From Stramenopiles sp. TOSAG23-3 (Eukaryota), in assembly GCA_900128585.1 (NCBI GenBank), contig LT642172.1, positions 1 through 44,869 on the forward strand: DNA of 44,869 bases, written 5' to 3'. How positions within the stretch are numbered: position 1 is the first letter of the stretch; the number at the start of each line of letters is the position of its first letter. The notes under the pieces were generated by a model. That model had not been told where the DNA came from. It was given only the letters and a program-made list of their open reading frames with translations, and ran no database searches. The position numbers and the translations under genes are program-made. Shown here piece by piece: positions 9,585 to 18,890 of the stretch.

Positions 9585-10377
9585 TCCGACCTGTTTACTT
9601 TATGCCCCAGATCCCATCCCCAATTTTCAAATCGTTTCTTTAAACCCAACTAGCTTTTTTCGCTCTTTCTCAAACCCAGCATTGAAAAAATGGGATATTT
9701 GCTTTTTTCCTTTCCCTACTTCAATTCTTCGTACTCGGTCTCTTTTCTTTGTTGTCTTCTAATGTCATTCAATGTTTTGTATTTTTTCATATTAGTTTAT
9801 ATAATAGTGTCTTTGTTTTATAGTCATTTTGTTGCATTTTCAAATAATATAATTACTTTCGTTCCTCATATTATCCTCATATAGACTAAGATAGTATACG
9901 AGTATTGGACGACAGGAAGAAAATACTACTTCAATAATAACTTAGTTAAATTTATAACAGGGCGATTGCATAATTTCCAACAGTAGTGCTGCTGTATAAT
10001 TTTTGAAAGTACTAATTTGGCACTATAATGCAAAATGCAAGAATGCAAGGCCTCCCGTGGCCAATTTTTTGTTTTTAGCCTAGTAAATGACTAATTCGAG
10101 AAGAAGTACGGGTAGTATACCCGTACCAGGTACCGTAACGAACAGCGAAAACAAAAACCTAATTTTTTGTTTTAATAGTTGTCTCTGCTCGTAATTCGTA
10201 CTTCGTAGTAGTATATTTCAACATTTTACTCACATAAATCTATTACCAAGTGTTGCGGAATGAAATTATTCATAAAATATGAAATGATTGGATTTAATTT
10301 ACACAGGGTGTGTGTAATTTTTCCTTATTCAATCTTCTTAATTATTTTTTTAATAGTGTACACACTTTATGGTGGAA

Positions 10378-13300
10378 TTAAAACAGATCTAACTCGGCAT
10401 TTTCCCAGTCCATAGACTTGAATTCTCCAAAAGTCAAATGTTCTTGGGTTGAACTTAATCCTTCTCTAAAATTTCCATTAGAAAATAATTCGAAGCTGCG
10501 GTACTCTCGGTCCTGTAGCATGACCCAAAGATGCAAATAAAAATTTGAGGCATCAACGTAATTCATACTCAACGCATGAATGTCGGCATTGTTGCGAACG
10601 GCATGTGGGCATCCACCAGGAATAAATACAAGGTCTCCTGGTTTTTGGATTGCGTAAAACATTGTCGCTTTTTGAAAAAGTGGGTGTTTTTTTAAGTCTG
10701 GATTGAACGAATCCACTTCAAACTTGGCTGTGTTCGATCGTGGGTACAAGTTGATAAAATCCTCCCTTGGAAAAAACCGCCATTCCTTTTCCCCGCTAAT
10801 CAAGTACAACCAAAAATTTGTGCCCCCGCTGTCAACATGAAGATCGCTTTGCGTTCCATTTGCCCCGATGAACAAACTCGGCCAACTGTGCTGGTAACCG
10901 GAGGGGAAAACGCGTTGAAAATAGTCTCCAGCAAAGTACTTTGGCATATTATACTCCTCATAAGGTGGCTCCCCAAATATTTTTGGGCAATGAGAGGTAA
11001 GTGTCCAATCGTGCAAGTAGTACTTTGCACGAGTTTCATTTTTGTTGAACGTATCGATGAACTCTTTTAAAAGCATGCTTTCTGCATCGACTAGCCCGCC
11101 CCAATTCGAAGTATTTTTGTCTCGCTTGACCAAATCCGCTTCCACTTCGCCGCATACTTTCTTGATATGGCTTAATGTCCAAGGCGTCTTCGTCATTGGC
11201 AAATTCTGAATGATTACGGGTCGCTTCTTTTTTGCGTACTCGTTGATGAACACGTCCATGGATAAGTCTTCCCAATCGTAACGGTCAATATGAACTTTTC
11301 TTACATTTTCCGAGTCGTACAATTCTTCCTTTTGGGCGATTTTTTTCTCACGGAGATCGTTCTCGAACTGCTCTATAAGTTCACCCACGGCAGTGTCCAA
11401 CGTTTCTACCATCTTCTTCGCATCGTCAACGGTGTAAACTTTTTCCCGCGAGCCTTCAGAGTGATTTTTAGAGTCCGTTTCGATTGCATTTCTCAGCAGG
11501 TCAACGCTTTTTTCGCCTTTTTTAAAAATTTCTCGTAGGGCTTCTGGAGACCTCACTAGTATATCGAACCCATGCCCGTCCTTCCACTGATCACGAATTG
11601 TCTTTAGAATGTCATTCACGCGTTCCCTAACAAATGTTGCTTCTTTTGGCGGCAGGCCAATTTTATGTTGATAGTCCATGTACTGGTACAGTTCAAAAAT
11701 TTTTGATTCATACTCGCTCAACAGTTCGAATTTCTCCATTTCTAGGTCACGCTTCTGCTCTGTTTTTGGTGTCTCGGTGTCATTGCCCTGTGCTGTTTTC
11801 AAAATTTCGGAAGTGTTGCTTGTGACATTTTTATTTTCGTCTTCTCCTTTGCTTGTGCTTTCTAAACCACTTGTGCTACTATTATCGCCCCCGCCTTGCC
11901 GGTTATCTTTCGCGTCGTTTAAGTAGTCTTGCAACGCCGACAAGAAATTAGCTTGACTTTCGTTAAATGAAAGATCATATTCGTCCATCATGTTCTCGTT
12001 CTTCATTGCCTTCATTACTTGGTCTATTCCGTGGCCTTTTTTATCGTCCATGAGTTGGAACTGCATGTCATCATTTGCTATAAGATTATTCACCAATACA
12101 ATACGGGGAAGGGCATCTTTCGTGCGTTTCACGCCAAATTGGTTTGCGAACTCTTTTCCGTCCGCCCACGCTAACTGGACTTTGTTGTACCCTAACCTAC
12201 TGGAAATTTTAAGCATTTCTGATTTTATTTTGGCATTCTCTTCAGTCTCTTGTTTGTGTAATAATGCCATCACTAACGGCTCGGGTTTATCAAGAAACAT
12301 ATGGCTGTTGTCAGGGGTCAACTGGTTCACAGAAGCACCGCTCATCATTGCAGAGAGCCAGACTTCCAGAACGTCATGTAACCTATTTGAAACGAGAAAG
12401 GCCGACGGCAAATTAAAGCTTTCAATGTACGAACCACTAGCATAAAACTGCACGGGCGACTTGCACAGCTCATCCGTCGACAAAGGATTTGCATCAAGCT
12501 CCAAGAAAGCCATCCACCCGTTTAACTCTTTTGAAACTGCACGGAACGCATCTTGCATTTTGGTAACATTGAGATTGAGGGACGCGTTCGTGTCCTTGAA
12601 ACACCCCACTGCTACGAACTTCTCCGTCGCAATAGTATCCAATGCTGTTGCTCGACCAATGGCACCACTTCGTTTGCGTGATGCTAGGTATCTATTCAAA
12701 TACTCTTCGATGTGGGTTTCGTCCACAACGCTTACGTATTCTTCCTTCATTTTGCCGTTGTGGAAAAGGATCATGATAAAGGGGAAAAAATTCGGCTTTC
12801 CAAATAAAAAAGGGGCGCCGTCGCTCGGGTCTTGCTCGATATCAGAAAATATCGGAACAACCCTCTCGGTCAAAAAAGCATGCCTTGATGAGTCAACGCT
12901 GTGAAATTTCACGACGTCGCCATATTCCCCCGTGCTTACCGTTTTGGCGGCAGCTTCAAATTGCGGCTGCAGGACTATGCTTGACTGGCTTCTTGGGTCA
13001 TAAAACAATACAAATGAGTACTCGCTTGCATTAATTGAAGCGTTGTAGTTTTGGGTCGTCAGCTCGTGAACGTGCGGGTTGCGGACCTCCACACGGGCGA
13101 TCTTGTTTCGCCTTTTGGGCTTCTTTTGGGCAAGTGCACTGGCTGGGGTTTCCTCGGGCTCGGGATCGTTGTCCTTCTCGCCACGCTTTGACTTGGGAAA
13201 GTCCTTGTCCAACAAATTCATCAACGTGGTCAGGTTGTATTTCTTGGCCGCGTATTCATCGCGAAGACTGTAAGTTGGGCCATCCGGTGGTGGTTTGCCC

Positions 13301-14361
13301 GATTGCATAAATGAAAAGTAAAACACTGGTCTGTTGCGTGGGCTCATATTTTCAGAGCCACGATGGTGTGTCCGTGAATTCATCATAACGACAGAACCGA
13401 ACGGAACTACCATTCTGACCGGTAGAGCTCGGTCCGCCATTACGCCAATCTCGTCTTCATCGGCAAAGTGATAATGGGTATGTGTTCTTGGAATTACGTC
13501 TAAGGCCGCCATGTTTTCGGCGACATCCGTCAGATAGCAAAATACGGACACAATCTGAGCGGTTTCCAGATCGTCAAACTGCTCCATTCCAGAATCAGGG
13601 TGCATATCTTGCTGTTTCGCTCCTGGAAAACTGATCAAAGATGAATATTCTACCAAGATTGGGTCTTTCCCAAGAATGTCTTCCAAAATACCCCCGGTGA
13701 ACCCCAGGGCAACCCGAAGAAACCTCACGTTATTTGCGTTGAAAACTTGCGGCAAATCCTTGCGAAAATCCGCCTCCATTATGTTGCCGAACATTTCCTC
13801 TTTTGCTGCCTGCGTCATGGCCAGCGCATCTTGGTATACAGCATCGCAAAGACTAGCCGGCATCACGTTCTGCAAGGCCACGACGCCCATGCTCCTTAGC
13901 TTGTTGACTCCGGTCTCCTTTGTATGGTGAGTCAACTTTCTTGCTTTTTTCTCCTCGGAAGAGACCTTCAGGCTCAACATATCCACGGTCGCGTCGAACG
14001 AATATTCGCGGTCGTCAGCAGTTTCGGAGTCCTTGAACAGCATCTTTGCGATTGAACCGTACGCAAATTGCTGCCCGACCCTGTAAAGCTGCTCGGGGCT
14101 AAGCTCGTCAAACACATCCATTGTTGTTTTGCCGCTTTTGGTGGGTAACGAGGCCAGCTGTTGGTTGTACGCGGACTCTAGTTCCACTGACGATTGCTGC
14201 AACAAATAATATGTCCCTACATTAAACAGAAGGGCGAACAATAGTACAGCCGTAGAAAATTGCAATGCACCATCTCTCCTACCCGCACTTTTTTTTGAAG
14301 AGCCCAACTTTGCCTGAGCTCGAGGCGCCTTCCCACTCTTTTTTGCCTTTGTTTTCGCCAT
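10378..14361 (-). CDS. Type II membrane fusion: PhyH-family 2OG-Fe(II) dioxygenase + redox-inactive thioredoxin/PDI-like domains + JmjC domain
   Basis: Basic N-terminus then TM (FSTAVLLFALLFNVGTYYLL). PhyH motifs PGAKQQDMHPD, ALDVIPRTH, GSVVMMNSRTHHRGSEN..RPVFYFSF. Trx-like VHELTTQNY...FVLFYDPRSQSS..LQPQFEAAA. JmjC WPSLFIGANGTQSDLHVD, GEKEWRFF, QKPGDLVFIPGGCPHAVRN. First ATG at 14361. Confidence 0.88.
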   Translation of the reverse strand: MAKTKAKKSGKAPRAQAKLGSSKKSAGRRDGALQFSTAVLLFALLFNVGTYYLLQQSSVELESAYNQQLASLPTKSGKTTMDVFDELSPEQLYRVGQQFAYGSIAKMLFKDSETADDREYSFDATVDMLSLKVSSEEKKARKLTHHTKETGVNKLRSMGVVALQNVMPASLCDAVYQDALAMTQAAKEEMFGNIMEADFRKDLPQVFNANNVRFLRVALGFTGGILEDILGKDPILVEYSSLISFPGAKQQDMHPDSGMEQFDDLETAQIVSVFCYLTDVAENMAALDVIPRTHTHYHFADEDEIGVMADRALPVRMVVPFGSVVMMNSRTHHRGSENMSPRNRPVFYFSFMQSGKPPPDGPTYSLRDEYAAKKYNLTTLMNLLDKDFPKSKRGEKDNDPEPEETPASALAQKKPKRRNKIARVEVRNPHVHELTTQNYNASINASEYSFVLFYDPRSQSSIVLQPQFEAAAKTVSTGEYGDVVKFHSVDSSRHAFLTERVVPIFSDIEQDPSDGAPFLFGKPNFFPFIMILFHNGKMKEEYVSVVDETHIEEYLNRYLASRKRSGAIGRATALDTIATEKFVAVGCFKDTNASLNLNVTKMQDAFRAVSKELNGWMAFLELDANPLSTDELCKSPVQFYASGSYIESFNLPSAFLVSNRLHDVLEVWLSAMMSGASVNQLTPDNSHMFLDKPEPLVMALLHKQETEENAKIKSEMLKISSRLGYNKVQLAWADGKEFANQFGVKRTKDALPRIVLVNNLIANDDMQFQLMDDKKGHGIDQVMKAMKNENMMDEYDLSFNESQANFLSALQDYLNDAKDNRQGGGDNSSTSGLESTSKGEDENKNVTSNTSEILKTAQGNDTETPKTEQKRDLEMEKFELLSEYESKIFELYQYMDYQHKIGLPPKEATFVRERVNDILKTIRDQWKDGHGFDILVRSPEALREIFKKGEKSVDLLRNAIETDSKNHSEGSREKVYTVDDAKKMVETLDTAVGELIEQFENDLREKKIAQKEELYDSENVRKVHIDRYDWEDLSMDVFINEYAKKKRPVIIQNLPMTKTPWTLSHIKKVCGEVEADLVKRDKNTSNWGGLVDAESMLLKEFIDTFNKNETRAKYYLHDWTLTSHCPKIFGEPPYEEYNMPKYFAGDYFQRVFPSGYQHSWPSLFIGANGTQSDLHVDSGGTNFWLYLISGEKEWRFFPREDFINLYPRSNTAKFEVDSFNPDLKKHPLFQKATMFYAIQKPGDLVFIPGGCPHAVRNNADIHALSMNYVDASNFYLHLWVMLQDREYRSFELFSNGNFREGLSSTQEHLTFGEFKSMDWENAELDLF

Positions 14362-15313
14362 TGCCACAACAGAGTTTGCCTCGTTGCACAAATAAATTCT
14401 TTTCTGGGAGCTAAATGAATACAGAGGGTAATAGGGACCTTTATTTGTACGGACACGTTTGTACGATACAGCAAACAAAAAATGAAATCTTAACTGCGTT
14501 TCGTTCGTTCGTACACAGTGGTTTACAAATATATGTACGTATAGCTATATGGAAGAAAGACTTACTATTGATTCAACTGCTGTTCAATCATTTCTTAAAG
14601 CAAGTATTCATACAAAAGGTATCGGTACAATTTCTCCCAAACAAATTATCAACGAACACACACACAAACAACAATAACGAACAAACAAAAATGTTGAAGA
14701 GAAGAAGAGAAGAAGAGAAGAAGAAGAAGAAAAGAAAGAAGAAGAGTGATGATGATGATGATATTTTAATTAATAGTCTATGCTGAATATATAATAATAA
14801 TGAAGCAAATATAAAATATTTTCGCTTTAATATTACACAGTGTAATAATCTACAATATACGACTATTATCTATCCCCAAAGCTAAATAAAAAAAAAAAGA
14901 TATTAATTTAAACTCTTTTTTTTTAGACGACTACCTCGTACTCGTAGTCTTCTAATAAATAGAGGCTGCGTAGGTTCTGAGTTCTGAAGATGGCGGATCG
15001 ATGTATTAACTTAACGAGGATAGGTCATACAAAACAAACGAAATAATTATTATATTATTATTTAAAATTGTGTATAATAATTGGAATAAGTACGAACATC
15101 ATTGATTGAGAAAAGTTCTTTCTTGCTTTTTGTTGCATTTTGTTGCATTCCGAATGCAACGCTCATTTTTTTCGTACTTGTTTTAGACGACTGACTAGTG
15201 TACTCTTTTTGACTTCCATGCAAGTTACTGCTTTCATGTAAAATGGTAGTTATTTCTTTTTTTATAACAGCCAATTTTCTTGTTTTTATTCTTTTTTTTT
15301 ACTCTTCTTTTAC

Positions 15314-16240
15314 TTACGAGTTACAATGTATTTTTTGCTTTTTGCACCATTTTATCCATTTTGTGAACTCGGGTTTGCTATAATCCTGGCTAAAAGTGTG
15401 CGAAATCATACTCCCCACACCCCATGGGGGATGTTTCATCAATTTTTTTTCTAATCTGTAAATGTGGCCGCGTAATATCTTGCTCATGTGAACGTCCACT
15501 GGTCCTTTGAGTGGCAGCGCATTTAGCAGCTTGTACTTCCCCCTTTGCGAAAGAATATATGCCGTTGTACCAGTTACAAAATCTGTTTGTTGAATATTGC
15601 CGTACCGTTCTCTAATGTGTTTTAGATAGTTTACAGAGGAGGAAGGACTTAAATTCAGCCATTCAATATTAGGATTCGTTTTCATGTCCAAAATGGCCTG
15701 CCTTAAATCAGCCACTCCCATTCCCTCCGCAAATTTTACGTCGTCCTCAATTATCACAGTGTAAGGATCAGCTTCATGGCGTTTCCATACACCGTAATGT
15801 GACAAGCTACACGCAGTTTCGGATTTTGATGAAACTCTTTTAAGGATCGGTGCATGTTGCTCCTTTAAATGCTTATACTCAAATCCATAATAATTTGAGT
15901 AATTTACATCATAAATTTTAGGGTCTACGTCCTTTAACGTCGTTCCGTCAACACCAGGCGCGCGTTTGAGTATAATGCCTGAGACGTTAAAGTTCTTCTT
16001 CAACGTGCTCCAACGATCTTTGCTTCTATCCATATTGACAGCATACACTGATACTTTTTCGTCCCATAAATTTGACATCTGCACTGCATCGTGCTGATCT
16101 TTGAAAGTTTTAAGAATCGCTGGTTGCTTCCCTGCCCCCATTTTATTGCTGACTTGATGACGGAGAAGTCTTTCGCCGTTAGCACGTAAGCCTTTTCCAG
16201 TTACAGAAAGCGAAGCAAGCAGCAAAAGTGTAAGGTACAT
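15314..16240 (-). CDS. Glycosyltransferase family 25
   Basis: N-terminal signal/anchor; VYAVNMDRSKDRW, PGVDG, ETACSLSHYGVWK, VIIEDDV, GTTAYILSQRG and PVD are characteristic GT25 motifs. Confidence 0.9.
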   Translation of the reverse strand: MYLTLLLLASLSVTGKGLRANGERLLRHQVSNKMGAGKQPAILKTFKDQHDAVQMSNLWDEKVSVYAVNMDRSKDRWSTLKKNFNVSGIILKRAPGVDGTTLKDVDPKIYDVNYSNYYGFEYKHLKEQHAPILKRVSSKSETACSLSHYGVWKRHEADPYTVIIEDDVKFAEGMGVADLRQAILDMKTNPNIEWLNLSPSSSVNYLKHIRERYGNIQQTDFVTGTTAYILSQRGKYKLLNALPLKGPVDVHMSKILRGHIYRLEKKLMKHPPWGVGSMISHTFSQDYSKPEFTKWIKWCKKQKIHCNS

Positions 16241-16614
16241 GAGACGGAGAACACGTTCACAATGCGAACCTGAAATATTTCGTAACGACGACGGGAGGGG
16301 GGTGTTTAGTTGATGTCCCCATCAACAATTCGGTTGGGGTGTTCCACGTCAGATTCAATTTTTTGATGCGCACGGGAGATTCTTGTATATACCAGACCTG
16401 AATTATTATATTATTGACTAAAAGCCATTCGGTGTACCGCCGGTGATGACTCTACCGTACTGAATGACGCCCTTGGTACTATATTATTATTACATCTTCT
16501 AGTGTCCAGTATCTTGCAGATTTTCTAAAGTGTCTATTATACGCTACGCTACTACAGTAAATTCAACAGAAACCAGGAATAAGGTGAAGAAGCCCAATGC
16601 CAAGTATTAATAAC

Positions 16615-16710
16615 GCACCGGTATTGGTACAGATGGTACGGTACCTGTACAGGTATAATATTAATACCCGGTATTATACCTAGGTACCTGGTATTATACC
16701 AGGTACAGGA
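16615..16710. repeat. GGTACC/GGTATTATACC palindromic intergenic element
   Basis: GGTACCTGGTATTATACCAGGTAC at 16683-16706 is identical to 22800-22823 and is preceded by further GTAC and GGTATTATACC units. Confidence 0.85.
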
Positions 16711-16816
16711 CAGGACATACAAAGTATAATACAATATAAATAATTGAATTTAAAAAAATAAAAACAACACAACAACAATAAAATAAATTGTTATTAGTCA
16801 AAACTCAGTGTTCAAC

Positions 16817-18133
16817 TTATTTAAATGACTTCATACACAGGTATAAGTAAATAGTCGTTACGGGAATATATTGTTTTTTGAAACAGAAATCAGAGGAAGC
16901 ATGCCTAAGAAAAATAGAAAGAAACTGTTTCGTTGAAATTACAAAAATATGCGCTTTCTCACGTTTTATACAATGATCGTACTGAAACTGGCAACAGTGA
17001 CGCAAACATCTAGGACCAAGTTGAAACTCAGTCCCGCACAGATCGTTGTTTTTACCATTAAAATTATGGACTCTATAAGGGAGCCTTTTTTTGTCAACGC
17101 TATGCACACTGCATGGCAGATCAACCAATTTGCATCCGCGTGCCTGAGCACACTTTCTATAATACTGCATTTCTGGCACATTACGTGAGCAGTGCGTATG
17201 CTGAGAACAGACAACCCTTGGATTGTAGTTCTGCGCGTGTTTATTCAAGTTTTCAAACGTAAGTGAGACTTTCTGCGACCTTAGCTGATTAATGACAGCA
17301 TGCAACTTCTCCAACTGCTTAGGATCTTTCTCGTGGATGGAGATTGGCCGTTCAGTCTTTTTATAACGGGTGGCAGCCTCTTTCAAAACTGCGTTACTAA
17401 AACGGAATCCGGCCGGAGGGTAACGTTGATGCTTCCATCCCTTGTTTAATTGCGTAATTGATTCATTCAGTTCAAACTGAATGCATGCCCCGACCCGTGA
17501 ATCGCTGTGCCACACAGTATTGTACTTGCGCCTACAGAGTGGAATATGTGGTACCATGAGCTCGACCATCCTACGGCTTAATAATATCCCTGCTCCTCCA
17601 ACAACAAAAGCAATAGTTCCCAACTTCTGGTCATTTGCTAGTGCAGGCTTTCCTATAATCCTGGGAACGTTAGGGTCCAATTCGCTGACCATCAACCTCA
17701 AGTTGTCTACGACGATCAACGTGTCGTCGTCAACGCATAAATACCAGTCTGCACGTGGATTATTCTTCCATGCAAGATAAAAACCAAACACCTGCAGATT
17801 GTTGCTTGAACCACTTGTTTCTTCGGGGGAAAATTTTTCTACCGTTGTCACGATCTCTGCGAGTGGCCCGTGCGCGCGCTCGAATGAGTATGCAAGGACG
17901 TTTCTGAATTCTTTGTGCCAACCTACGTGATTTTGGAAGAATCGCTCCCAAGACAATCCTCGCGAATGGTCGATAACCGTGAATATCTGGATAGCTGGAG
18001 CCACTGTAGAGGATCTTAGCGTAGAGCCCTTTTCGCGTATTCCAGTTGCTGACCAACGCAAATTTTGGTAAGTGTGGAATAACGCTAACACCGTTAAAAT
18101 AAGCAAGAGAGTAGGCACAATAACCGAACCCAT
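16817..18133 (-). CDS. GT31/Fringe-like glycosyltransferase with Cys-rich C-terminal extension
   Basis: Type II anchor (VIVPTLLLILTVLALF), ADWYLCVDDDTLIVVDNL (DxD), FVVGGAGILLSR, SDSRVGACI and PISIH. The last ~45 aa may be a non-conserved tail. Confidence 0.85.
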   Translation of the reverse strand: MGSVIVPTLLLILTVLALFHTYQNLRWSATGIREKGSTLRSSTVAPAIQIFTVIDHSRGLSWERFFQNHVGWHKEFRNVLAYSFERAHGPLAEIVTTVEKFSPEETSGSSNNLQVFGFYLAWKNNPRADWYLCVDDDTLIVVDNLRLMVSELDPNVPRIIGKPALANDQKLGTIAFVVGGAGILLSRRMVELMVPHIPLCRRKYNTVWHSDSRVGACIQFELNESITQLNKGWKHQRYPPAGFRFSNAVLKEAATRYKKTERPISIHEKDPKQLEKLHAVINQLRSQKVSLTFENLNKHAQNYNPRVVCSQHTHCSRNVPEMQYYRKCAQARGCKLVDLPCSVHSVDKKRLPYRVHNFNGKNNDLCGTEFQLGPRCLRHCCQFQYDHCIKREKAHIFVISTKQFLSIFLRHASSDFCFKKQYIPVTTIYLYLCMKSFK

Positions 18134-18890
18134 TTCAAATAGTGCTTACCCTTTTGATGGGCGTTCGGCAATGAACTGTAATGAACTGATGTTAAAAAGG
18201 ATTCCATGAATTTGTAAATACAGATGGTGTCCTTGGTAAATTTCAAATTTTCAATTGTCAAATGAAAACCCATCTAGTTCTTCTTCGTCTATAAAATAAG
18301 CTAACTGTTTATTCTTCATAATAAAATCATCATCTTCTCTTCTTTCTTCTTCTACTTTTTTTTTTTTTAATCATTATTATTCATTCTGTTCTTGTTGTAT
18401 GTAAGTAATATTAATATCAATTAAATAGTCGTCTACCAACACTAATAATAATAATAAATTCTAAATCAAAAATTAAAAATTAAAACAGAGTAAAGTATTA
18501 TTATGAGGCAACCGGTAATAAGGAACCTGGGTAACGGTACCAGTCCACCCCGACGGTTCCAGGTACGCTAATACTTGTACACTATCACTAAGTACAACAT
18601 CTAAAGTGGAACTGCTCTCCACAAGTGGTCGCCCCCCTTAACTTGACGTTTCCTGTTCGCTCAGCTCTCTACTGTAGTAAAAACTGTAAAACTCTCACAG
18701 CTCCTGAGTAAAGAGAGGAAGAAATTATTACTGTAATTAATCGGTATAAATAAATTCATACCGTAGTAGTGTCTCTCTCTATTTTAATATAATAACTGTA
18801 CCAGGTGTGGTGACACAAATGATAATAGTGTATTTTATTATTTATATCTATAATTTAAATAAATGGTATTAATAAAACATTTTTAAAAAA

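Noticed and set aside
14987-14996. AAGATGGCGG (YY1-like motif or small ORF start)
   Set aside because: Single occurrence, and the ORF is only 18 codons.
16443-16463. C/D-box snoRNA (GTGATGA...CTGA)
   Set aside because: Boxes are only 10 nt apart, with no downstream D box or terminal stem.
18600-18720. Possible hairpin RNA in the spacer (TTCCT/AGGAA, CTCAG/CTGAG)
   Set aside because: Stems are short and mutually competing, with no family motif; too weak to call.
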